A stretch of 64,000 bases of DNA from contig NC_087436.1 of assembly GCF_036321535.1 (NCBI RefSeq), positions 119,290,001 through 119,354,000 of the forward strand, in the 5' to 3' direction. How positions within the stretch are numbered: the stretch's first letter is position 1; each line of letters opens with the position of its first letter. Source of the stretch: Camelus dromedarius (lineage: Eukaryota). The translations under genes were made by a program, and so were the position numbers. This document shows positions 48,956 through 60,455 of the stretch, in pieces. The notes beneath the pieces were generated by a model, which had not been told where the DNA came from, did not search any database, and worked only from the letters and a program-made list of their open reading frames with translations.

Positions 48956-50702
48956 GCCGATGGAAGAAGTGAATGTAAACAGACAAGTCCAAGGACTGAG
49001 TGTGCAGAGTTAGGGCAGGAGGAGGAGCCCGGGGTGGAGGGGCCGATGAAGGCGGCGTGATTGCGGATGATAACAGCTGTGGTCTCCGGGCAAGTGAGCT
49101 TCACTAGTTTCTCTAGAACTTGAGTAAACGAAAGTACTAGAGAGCAGGGAGGCCTGAGCACCAGGTCATGGATGGGCTTGCCTCTTGGAGGTGGTTTGTG
49201 AGATCGGGATCTTTCCCTGTACTGTTTGTTTTTTTTTAAGTGAGTGTCATCAGGACAAGAAAGCAGCCTGTTCAGCAGGAGATGTAATGTAGCCTCTCCG
49301 TGGAATCAGCCCGGCAATAGGAAGAAGCCCACGTTTAGAAGATTGGACACAGTCAATGCAGGCAAGTGACTGACCTCGGAGCCTTGCTCTCCGGGCTTTC
49401 TTTCATCCTGCAACCTTCCCTTGATGAAACTACTGTGAGAGTATCTTACCTTCCTTTTTCCATTTCTAAGCTCCATAGGTTACCTTTTAATGTTCACTAA
49501 GGCCCTAGAGTGGACCTAGCTACAATGTTACCATCCGCTATCTAAACTGATCATTTGGTTTTCATTTGGTTCCCTTAGTCCCTGTGGTTTGGCACCCCCA
49601 TCCACTTCGGTCCTGATCACTGCTCGGAGCTCCGGATTGCAGCACAGGCTTGGCCCTCCACTGCCAGTGGGTGGTCTGAGGACCTTCCGGTGCAGCTCGT
49701 GGGCCTCATTTTTATTATCTCAATAGGTGTATTGGGCAAATGTTTTTCCCCTTAGACGTTATCATCCCCCCCCCCCCGCATTTTATTCTCCCAGTTCCAT
49801 AAAGAACACACTTGTACATCTAAGAACAGTGTTTATAAGTTTTTCCCCTAGCCATGTGGTGGAAGCTGTCATGGAAACGAGACTCCTGAGTGGAACGTAC
49901 TCAGTCCTTGCCAGGGCAGGCAGACCATCACCTTGAAAAGGCTCAGGTAGCATACTGCGGTGGCTGCAGTTGGGTAGGGTTGGTCTCACTTTCCCTCTGG
50001 CTCAGGCATCAGGTCTGTCAGCTTTTCAAAATGCCTGTGGACATGTGGGGACAGTGAACAGTAATGGCTCAACCAGAAACTTTGATTAAGAAGGATATGC
50101 TGAATGCACAGTAAAAAGGCTTTGCTTTGATCCTTGAAAATCATGACAGCACATCTACAGGTTAGATGAGGGGTGAGTGGTGTGACAGGAAGGGCACCAG
50201 CTTCGGACCTAGGCCCACGATGGCCCTGGTCTTGACTCACCTTGGGACCCTGAATACATTGTAAGTTTCTTAATCCACAAAATGAGGTTTGACTTAGCTG
50301 TTTTTTTCATGCTGTGAAAGCACTGTCTGGCACAGAGTAGATGCTCAAATATTTATTGAATGAATGAATGAAAAATGGGTGGATAAAAGAATTCTAGAGA
50401 GCCTGGATACTTATGGCAGGAGGCAGGAGGTGGAATGACAGGAAGATGGGTGTTTGGGCAGTTGCCTCCTCACCTGTGCCGTTTTAACCTGTTTCTGGTA
50501 TAGTATTGGGTTCTACCATCTTGAGAAAGGTTTGAACAACACTAGATTAGGTGCTCTTTCTCTGAGCGTAGAGATGGCACGCTTCTGATGCCAAAACTAG
50601 CCTTTTCTGTCTCCTCACTGTCACAGCCCCGTATACTTTTTACCAAGATAAAAGCTGTTCAAGAATAAATGCAGTTTCAATCATACATCGGGTGGGAAGT
50701 GC

Positions 50703-51004
50703 TGTATTGTTTCCTAGGGCTGCTGGAGTAAAGTCCTGCAAACTGAGTGGCTTAGAACAACAAACATTGTCTCTCAGTTCTGGAGGCCAGAAAAGTCTGC
50801 AGTCTTGATGTTGGCAAGGTTGATTCCTTCTGGAGGTTCTGAGTCTGTGTCTCTCTCCTAGTTTCTGGTAGTTATTTGTCTTTGGCATTTCTTGATTTAT
50901 AGACAGATCAGTCCAGTCTCTGCCTCTGTCTTGATGTGGCATCCTCTGTGTGTCTCTGTCCAAATTTCCATCTTATAAGAACATGATTCATTGGATTATG
51001 GCCT
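50703..51004 (-). mobile_element. Partial MaLR LTR (MLT1)
   Basis: tgtattgtttcctagggctgct...tggcttagaacaac...ctctcagttctggaggccagaa...gattccttctggaggttctgag. Confidence 0.8.
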
Positions 51005-51543
51005 GAAGAGAGGTAGACTGAAAATGAATATAAGTAGTGGTTGTAAGAGAATGGAAAGGAGTTATTAATTGAAAGTGATGGCTATGCCTAGAACTTTGGT
51101 TAGCATATCCGTGTTCCTAAACATAAAACACAGGGTTTCAGTAGAGTAGAACTGTGAATTCTGTTTTTTCTGCAGAGCAATGATGTATGAGGAGGATCAT
51201 TTCATGCATGTGTTGAAATCACACTCTCTTGGCTTTAAAATTACTAGACAGCATGCCACCATTGCCTTCCAGATTAAGCTGCTTTGTGTCTTGCACAAAG
51301 TAAAGGTATGCCAAATGGTGGTGGTTTCTGATAAATACATTTAAGGGGCATGTGAATCCGATGGGGCATCAGGTCCTATATGGGTCCTTTGGTAGGTGGG
51401 GCCTGTGGAAAGCACCTGCAGGCAGTTTAGCATGCAGAATGTTGATTAACAAGTACCCCAGGGGTCCACACCCGCAGAAGGGAGGAGCTGGGCTGCCATG
51501 CAGGCCCAGCCACAGCCTTAGCCTACCCGTGGAGACTATGCAG

Positions 51544-51594
51544 CTAGACTAGCCCTTGACTAACCTAGTCTAGCCCTTGACTAACCTAGACTAG
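51544..51594 (+). repeat. 21-bp tandem duplication (x2.4)
   Basis: ctagactagcccttgactaac / ctagtctagcccttgactaac / ctagactag. Confidence 0.9.
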
Positions 51595-52859
51595 AACGTG
51601 TATTCTCTCATCAGTCACTGGAGGTGACTCCTGGGAGAGGGCAGGACGGGCCAGCTCTCTGCAGCTGAGGCAGCCCCCGAGGGCTGACTCAGCGCTTCCC
51701 GCAGCCAGCAGCGCAGCCTTCAGTTGGCGGTCTGGGTGGCACGTAAGTGTCTGCTGCAGTTGGACAGTATTTTTCTTAGAAAATTTTTGATTGATTTGAC
51801 TCGATTCATTGATTGACCTTGTGGAGAAATACAAGGTAAGCCTGTTCCCTCTTCTCTGTGACCGCCCTCAGCCCTCGCCCCGTGTAGGGGGCGTGTAGAC
51901 GTGTGCGGCAGAGGGGGCCGTGAACAGTCACAGGGCGCGTTTGGCTTTTCTTTCCCAGATTAAACCTACTGGTCTTCTTAAACTTCTGTGCTAACCTGCT
52001 GTTCTCTTGGTTAGGTTGAAACTTCCTTGGTGTTCTTTAGCCATCTGTTGGCATGTTTCCAAATATTTATCAGTGGCATTAAGGTCTTTGGAGCAATAGC
52101 TCATTCTCAAAAATTTGAAACCTTTTGACTCTAAATTTCAAATTCTTAGTTCATTTAATCCTACCTCTTTCTTTCCCCTGTTGGCCCTGCTTTGATGATT
52201 TGAAGGCCCCCTGAAGGAATCCGTGGTCAAATTGGGACTACCTTAAAGCAGAATGTAATTCCTAGAAAGCCATAGTTAGATGCAGACCATTACTGCTAAA
52301 GTCATTCCTTTTAGGACCAGAAAGCTCCTTCTGTGTGGTTGTGATTGTTGTCAAATGGTCTATAGTAGTGAAGAGCTTGACTCTGGAGTTAGCTCAGTCT
52401 GCTTTCAAATCCCAGCTCTTCCTCTTTTCTTGCTGTTTGAGGAAATTAATTTTCTAAGTTTCAGTTTCGTCATCTGTAAAAAGGGAACACTTAGGTAGTA
52501 AGGATACAGTAAACAAAGCTGCTTCTGCTGTTGCTGGAAGAAAACCACACTTAGGTTATAGTGAAGAAAGTGTCTTTGTTCACTAGTTCTAGGTATAGGT
52601 GACTGAGCTCTGTCTATGCTCTTAGCAAACGTCAAGCAGAAGGAAATAGTCTTGACTAATAAAAAGAATGTCTACAGAAAACCAAGAGACATCAGTCTTA
52701 GTGAGGAAGTGTGGAAATGGTTCCTGTGTAATCTGGTACAAGACAAAGGACGCCCCACTGATGCCACTTCTCACCGCGCTCCTGGAGGCCAGCCCGCACA
52801 GTAAGAGGACAGCAGTGCTGGGCTTGGGCTGCTGGGACGCAGGACTCTGGTCATGTGCA

Positions 52860-55110
52860 GACAATGCCTGTGTAGAAGACCTAAGAGAACCTGTAACCTA
52901 GTATCCGGGAATAAATCTAACAGCCACAGTCTGTGTGTTGAAAATCAAAACTTTTTTGAAAGACATAAAAGGAGACCCAAATAAATGGAGAAATGGCCCT
53001 TGTTCAATACTAGAAAGCAGTCAGTTCTCCTCAAATTGTTCTGTATATTTAATGCATTTCCAATCAAATTCCAGCAGAGCTTGGCATAGAATGTGATGTC
53101 TGATTCTGAAATGATAAGAAAGAACAAAGGGCCAAGAATGGGAAGACACTCCTGAAGAGGAATCTCAAGACTTCGTGTAAAGGTCTAGTGATGAAGACAA
53201 GTGTGATGTTGGCGCAGGATGAATATATTGAGCACGAGGCTTGAGGTCGTAGGGAACTCTGGTGCGGGAGAGAAGGGGTGTCACAGATCAGGGTGGAGGG
53301 CTGATCCATCAGTGATACTGGACAGTTGGTTTTCTGTTTGGGAAAGATGGGATCAGATGCCCTCTTCACAGTCTGCTTCTCTAATTCTAGGTATAGGTAA
53401 GTTGTAGGTGAATAAGGACTTGGATATTTTATTGGATTCTATGAAATTGTGCTTTGATGACCTAAACCCCAAATCTCAGTGGCTTAAATGCCAGGCATTT
53501 TTCCTGGCTCAGATCGCACACTGGCTGCTGCCGATCCACTGCTGTGGCTCTGTTCTAGGTGTCATCTCGCTCTGGGACCTGTGCTGAAGAGGCTTCCCCA
53601 CTTGGGACATGCTGTTCCTGTGTTACCAGAAGAGGCCAGGCTGAATCACGTGGTCACTTTTGAAGCTTCTGTTTGTCACATCCACTGCAGTCTCTTGGCC
53701 AAACCAATCATGGGGAATGGTGCAGGGGCATGTACTGGTCCTGCGGGGATGTCCATCCCATGACAACAGGGAATGGCTGAGTAAGGGATGGTAAGGGGAG
53801 GAAAAGGATAGTTGGAAACAGATTGAGCCTGCCACAGGTGTGAGAAGAGAAACTTGAAACCTTTTAGAAGAAAATACAGTTATCTTTCTGACCTTTAGGT
53901 AAGGAACGATATCTGAAGAGAATGTTCTCAAACTTTGAAGTATATTTGTCATCTGGGGAACTTGGTAAAATGTGGATTCTGATTCAGGGGGCCTGAGAGT
54001 CTACACTTCTAACCAATTCCTGGGAGATACTAAAGCTGCTGGCCCATGCCCCGCATTTTGATGAGCAAAGTCTTGAGACACAAAGTGCCAGCAATTAAAG
54101 AAAAGATGAATAAACTCAGCATATTAAAGTTAAACATTTTTATCAAAAGATAGCATGAAATAAAATGATGGGCCACACACTGGGAAAAAAAGTTACTGTA
54201 TATATAACTGACACGGGATTAAGGTCCATGTGTGAGGAATGTCTAGAAGTTCATAAAAAAGGAACAGTCTAACAGAAAAATGAGTAAAAACTGCGCACAA
54301 GTAGTTCAGAGAAGAGGAAACAGCCAATAAATCTGTGAAAAGGTGCTCATCATCAATGGTAAGAGAAATGCAAATTAAATCTAAGAAGGTTTTTTTAACA
54401 TTCACCACATTGACAAAAATTCATGTCTCTGAGTACTGTGTGTTCATATGTGGATTAAACAGTAACTTACGTGCGTTGCTGATTGGAGTGTGATACTGGT
54501 ATGACCACTTTGTAAGATAATGTAAAATTATTTCCCACAGTTCACCATTGGGTATCCTGTAACTTGCCAGTCTCATTTCTGGTTGCGTACTCAGGAGAGA
54601 TGTGTACTGAGAGCCAAATACAAGACTGTTCGTAGCTGCTGTATTTATAGCGGCAGAATATTGGAAACAGTTTAGATGTTCATTGACAGGAGATTGAATA
54701 AAATGGCATTTATATAATGGAGTATTATAAAATGAGTAAAGGTGAATAAACTGCATACAGCACTAGTGAATTTTGGAAACGTACTGCTGAGTAAACATAA
54801 TGGCTGAGTAAAAGAAAGTCCCAGAAGATTATATACATCGTAATAGCATTTTATAGAGCTCAAGAAGTACAGCTGAACAACATGCTTATCATTTAAGCAT
54901 ATGTACATTTGTGACAAGTTTTATTTTAAAAAAATCAAATGACGCAGTTCAGGTTAGTGGCCACCGCTGGCTGGTGAGGCAGTGGCATGGGACGGGGAGG
55001 AGTGGACGAATAAATATAAAGTGTTAGTTCTCGGTTGTGTGGTACTTCCTGTGTTTTTATGTTTTATGACTGAAAAGTGCTACACACAGATGTTTTACCT
55101 GTAATAAAGG
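52860..55110 (+). mobile_element. Ancient fragmented LINE-1 (L1M/L1ME) with nested MLT1-like LTR (~53420-53830) and MER5A-like element (~53955-54070)
   Basis: ORF2-like ggaataaatctaac, aaataaatggaga, aatgcatttccaatcaaattccagcag, gaaatgcaaattaaa, then the 3'UTR. MLT1 motif ccccaaatctcagtggcttaa. MER5A motif gattctgattcag...ggcctgagagtctacacttctaac. Confidence 0.7.
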
Positions 55111-55184
55111 CAAACGCTAATCTCACTAGCAGGCTGCATTCTAGAAAACAGTTGAAGGAGACAGGGCTGCTTGCCTGAAGTGGT

Positions 55185-55626
55185 TGTGGCAGGCTTTTCC
55201 AGAGAAACAGAACCGACGGGCTGGGGGTGGGGTGAGGGTGGTGGGGTAAGGAATTGGGTCATGTGCTTATGGAGGCTGGAAAGTCCAGAACCAGGGATGC
55301 TGAGGGTATAGTTTCAGTCTGAGATCCAGGAGAGCTGATGGTGAAGTTCCAGTGCAAGTCTGAAGGCGGGAGAAGACCCATGTCCCAGTTGGAAGACAAG
55401 GCCGAGAGAAAGAATTCTTTCTTACTCAGGCTTTTATTCTATTCAGGCCTTCAGTGGACTGGGTGAGGCTCACCCATGCTGGGGAGTGCAGTCTGCTCTG
55501 CTCTGTCCACTGATTCAAAGGCTAATCTCATTGAGAAACACCCACACGGACACACCCAGAATCACATTTAACCAAATATCTGGGCGCTCATGGCCCAGTC
55601 AAGTTGACACATAAAATTCACCCTCA
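55185..55626 (-). mobile_element. ERVL LTR (MLT2B-like)
   Basis: ccagagaaacagaacc...aaggaattgg...atggaggctgg...ttattctattcaggccttca...ggcccagtcaagttgacacataaaatt. Confidence 0.85.
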
Positions 55627-58600
55627 GGTGACTGTCTCAGCCCAACCCCCAATTGCTCCTGTTGTAAAGATCACAGATCTTTGGGGCGGTATCCTTATAT
55701 TTCAGTTAACTCTTTCTCAGACTTGCAAGATTCCTGCCTCTTTCCCAGCAACGGTCATGGTAGAGCACTAATTAGCCTTCTAGGTGGCCTGGGCAGTGTT
55801 GGCTCCACTGTGCTTCATCTTACCCCTCCCCCAAGGACAAAAAGGCACAAAGGAAATTTTGCTGCAACATAATAGAATACACAGTGGTGATTCAGGTATA
55901 GAGCCAGGTGCAGTAGGTTGGTGATGTAGGGAGCCCAGAAGAATGAAATTAATTGTTCTGACATTATCTCAGGGAAGGAAAGAATGAGAACACTGAAGGA
56001 AGGATAATAGTCAAATATGAGTGTGTATATGTGCAGCTCTTGTACAGACTGAGGCCCAGCTAGCTTAAGTTCAAGTGGAAATATCCTCTGGGTAGTTGGA
56101 AATATCAGACTGAGAGGTCCAAGTAGGAGAATTGATTTGTAGGTATTTGACACTTGCGTAAATTACATAGATCTTTAACACGGTCATTCAGTAGTTGAAA
56201 CATAAATGTTCAAAGGGTCTATAACACAACTCTAGGCAGAAATCACTACAGTAGTTCTAATTTCTGGTAGTTAGGTAACACCTGGAAAATGCATTTGGAT
56301 AAGATTAATGTATTAACTGTTTCAAGGGATGGTAATCTCTTTTGTTCTAGAATTGTGTAATTTCATATTCATTTGAGTAGAATACTCTTTACTAACCCCC
56401 AAATCAAGTATTTCACATGATAGAAGACTTGAGCAGAATCTATAAGAAAAGAGTAATTAATTTTATGTTTGACATGAGTAATTTGAAAGTTAACTTTTAT
56501 GTTTAGTGTTTGTATAGTTAAATTTTTCTTCTATCTTTATTTGTATGCTTTTCTAAACCATGCTGTGTATATTTCTGCTACCTTTATTTGTTCCTTTACA
56601 TTTACCTTTTTAATGTAATATTTATGATTTGAACATATCTGTGAAGTTTTAAAGAATTTTGACCTGTAGTGGACTCTACAGATAGTCATTTCAGTCTGTT
56701 TTTTGAGGTGAGGGGTTTTAATTAGTGTAAAGTTCTAATCCGAAATGTATCACCTTTGTTGAGTATCATACTTTGCTGAATATACTATTTTAAATATATT
56801 TTTCAAGAATATGGTTAACCTGTCTTTAAAGTACTTATGTTTTGCGTTTTGAGGAGGAAGCCTATTTCATTGAACTAGGGAGAATGCCATAGGTCAGTAG
56901 TCACTTGGGCTCCTAGTGTAGTAGGGCTTCTCAGCATGTTTCTCAGATTCAGGAATGCCTCAGAGTACACTTACATTTGGCAACATTTCTAAATCTTTTT
57001 TAGTAACTATACTTGACATCCAGCAGAAGTTTGTTAAATGTAAGTACTAATCATGTAGCTTGCCCCTCCACCAGCCCCTGGGGTCACTGTTAGTGGCAGC
57101 TCTGCTGTTCACATTGTATTGTCAGATGTCTGTCTGTTGATCCACTGAAAAATAGCTTGGTTGCTGTGTGAAGCAGGAGCAAATGCAAGGCTATCTCAGT
57201 GGCTCCTTGGTGCTCAGGTGCCTGCCCTGCTGCTGCACATGGTGTGCACCAGGGAGGGACGTCACAGTGGACCCTGCCCTTGCAGTGTTGCAGAGAATGC
57301 ATACATCAGCCAAGAGCTTCCGGGTGTATGTAATCAAAGATAATAAATGAGGAACGTGGCCCACCCAGGGGAGAAGGGAGATTCTGGAAGCTTCTGATAA
57401 CCATAGAAAAGGAATAGTGATTGACTTACTATATAGAACTGTACAGTTTATGCAGGTTATTTAAAAGAAAAAGAGAGGGTACGCTTAATGATCTTGTTTG
57501 CAAATTGTATCTGCAGTTTAACTTTTTAATCTTGGGAAATTCAGAACTTAAGGATCCTAGCTAATCTATGTCTTGCTTATAACTTGGGCCTTAGGGAAAA
57601 ATGTTAATTCTTTCTGGTTAGAAGGTTATATTTACCAAAGTGTGTTCTGAGGAATACAAAAGGGATCCTTAACAAGTATGGAAAATGCTATCTTCTTTGT
57701 TTGCTTCCTAGAGGTTCCAGATGCACAGTATCATAATAAAACGTTTCAGGCTGTCCTAAAATAAACAAACCTACTTTTGTTTCAGTTCTGCTATTTCCCT
57801 AATTTGTGCAAAAGGAACAAGTTCTATAACAAAAACAATAAATTTTTATATCACCCAGAATACACCTTGGGGAAACTGTAGCAGGTTATCTTTTAAATGA
57901 TGACATTACTGTTCATTTAAATAGCTTCCTAGGTGCTGTAACTAACTATAACAATGGTTATCTTAAAAGTCACATCTAAAAACTTGATTTAATCTTTGAA
58001 GCATATAAAATGGATGCAAAATGAAAATACGTACTTGGAACCTATTCTGAGTTCTCAAATGTATATGTTTTTGCAGAATCAAATAGAGAATTTTATCCTG
58101 ATTTTTAAAAAATTCTAACTAGTAAGTAGAATATGAGTCTGATAATCTGTATAACGTTTTTATACCAAATCAGATATCTTACTGATAAATATTAAAACAT
58201 TACCAAGTATTGCTTATTACCCAGGTTCATTTTGGAGAACTGTAATGTGCATTACTTAGCTGATGGGTTTTAATAGTAACTAAAAAAATTGACCCACTGT
58301 CTTACCAGTGAGTTGTAGAATTTCAGGCCATTTTTCCCCCTGCTTATTGAAACTCAGAAGATAGTCACTTTGTAGTTTTGAGATGAGTAGTTGAAAGCTA
58401 TAGAATTCTCACGCACAGACGTTTTGACAGGCAAAAGCATCACTTTGAAAAATACACAATGGTCTAGTATTTTACTTAATAAAATGTCTCATCCTTGACA
58501 GCGTGGGTTTCATCATGTTAGAACTTTGTGCATTTTCACAAATCATAAAAATCTACTTGTTTGAATTTTTTGTTTCCAAATAAACTTGCTTTGGGTTGCT

Positions 58601-60269
58601 TTGGGTTTGTGAAAATTTGCATTTCTTAGAGTGAAGATCAGTTTGTTTCTCCTAATTGAAGTTTTTAGGTCTCTAAAATTTAGTTGTGCTATCACTTTTC
58701 CAACAGTTTTTCTAAATGCTTTTTAGAATTTCATGATAATGAACTTTGTTTTGATTTTTGGATTTTATTTGGTAGCTGCTTTTTAATCTTTTTCCAGAGC
58801 ACTAATTCTTTATTTCAGATGTAAGTGTGTACATTTCCCCCTGCCCTTTAACCCAAATGGCTTCATGCATTTTTTTTTTTTGATCCTGTAAATTGTGGCA
58901 TGAAATTTGCCCCTTCTAGGGAAAAAAGGGCACTTTTCTAAATCTCCAGAAGGACTATTTTGAAGGCATGAAAACTACCATTTTATAGTCCTGCTAAAGA
59001 ATTCTGACATGTAATAGATCTTGATGAACTAAACACGTCATTGGTTACTGTACTGTGTTAACCTGCAAAGAAATTTTGATCTGTGAAAAGCAGTTTGGCT
59101 TTTCAAACCAGAAGCATTAACAGATGAGTATGAATCATCAGATAACTTCCAGTCAAGTACGAGTTAGAAGTAAAGCAGTGTTACTTTACATAAGCCGTTC
59201 ATCTCCTTAGTAACTGGTGAAAGTTTAAGAACACAGAAGCTGACCCGAACTTTGATTTCTGTAAGCATTGGACAGTAGCACAGTCAGTAGAGGAGAATTC
59301 ATCCAGGTTGGACAGAAAGCTCTTTCCTTTTATTCAGTCTCACTACACACTTGATCTAGGTCTCATTTGTTTGCTTTCATGGAAGTCTGTTTAGTACTTC
59401 TGATTTTCTGGAGAACTAGGTGCTTTCACCTGTACTTTATCATCATGTAGTTGGTTCTGTTTTTCTTCCTTATCTTTTAAACGTATAGATTAACCCAGGC
59501 CTGTTATATGCCTGCAATTTATGAAGGCATTTGCTAGCTCCTGTTAACTATCAGGTAGTAGTCTTATCTGTAAGAACAATCCTACACTCATGAAAAGAAC
59601 TCATTTTATTTGTCACTGAAGAATTTACTCTGATAACCTGGCAATAAAAATGGAATTTCTTAATTAATTATGCAGTTCTTCCAGTTTGCATAGAAGGAAC
59701 TCATGTCCCACACTTGATTTACTGATTATATTATTTTAAAACAGAGCCTTAATCATATCCGAGGACTTGACACACTTCTAGATGGGAAGGAGACTGTGGG
59801 TCTGATTGTCCATTTCTATGTAGTTTTCTGGTTATGCCGGCTAAACAGATATGCATGATCAGCTTTTAGCCCTGGATCCTATCTTTAGTGATAGAATTCT
59901 CGTTTAGGTTATAGATTATCTGTGGATTTTCTCTTGTGGCTGTAAATTGCCTCTTTAGCCAGGCCACCTACTGAAGGGAATAAGTAACACTTTGTGTTCC
60001 AAATTGATGCACTGAGATCATAAAATAACAGGCAAGGATTACGTGTATGTGTGCAGCTACCTCGTTACAGGAGTACATGCTCTGGTTTGCCTGGAAGGTA
60101 TTAATTTAGGGTCCTGGGGAAAATAGTAGCTGTGATTAGCACCCCATTTTTTGGGTGTATGGAAGAGTGTCCTGTACAGTCTGCAGGCATATAGTAAGGG
60201 TGTATGAACTCTGTTGAGAAGAGCTAATGATTCTTTGTTTAGCCCAACATGGTCACTTGTTGGAGAGAA

Positions 60270-60455
60270 AGCCAGCATTGTCCAGTAGAACTTCTGTGAT
60301 GATGGAGATGACCTATTTGTTGTATTTGCCCAGCAGCCACAAGATACATGTGGCTGTTGAGCACTTGAAATGTGGCTAGTGTGGCTGAGGAACTGATTTT
60401 TAATTTAAATTTAAGTAGCCACATGTGACAAGTGTCTATCATGTTGGACAGTGTA
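60270..60455. mobile_element. MER3-like hAT-Charlie MITE
   Basis: cattgtccagtagaacttctgtgatgatgg...catgtggctgttgagcacttgaaatgtggctagt...tagccacatgtg...ttggacagtg. Confidence 0.85.

Noticed and set aside
51544..51594. CRISPR-like repeat
   Set aside because: Head-to-tail duplication with no spacers, in mammalian DNA.
57630..57880. Possible old hAT MITE (MER103/Charlie-like ends)
   Set aside because: Too degenerate to assign or bound without a profile search.
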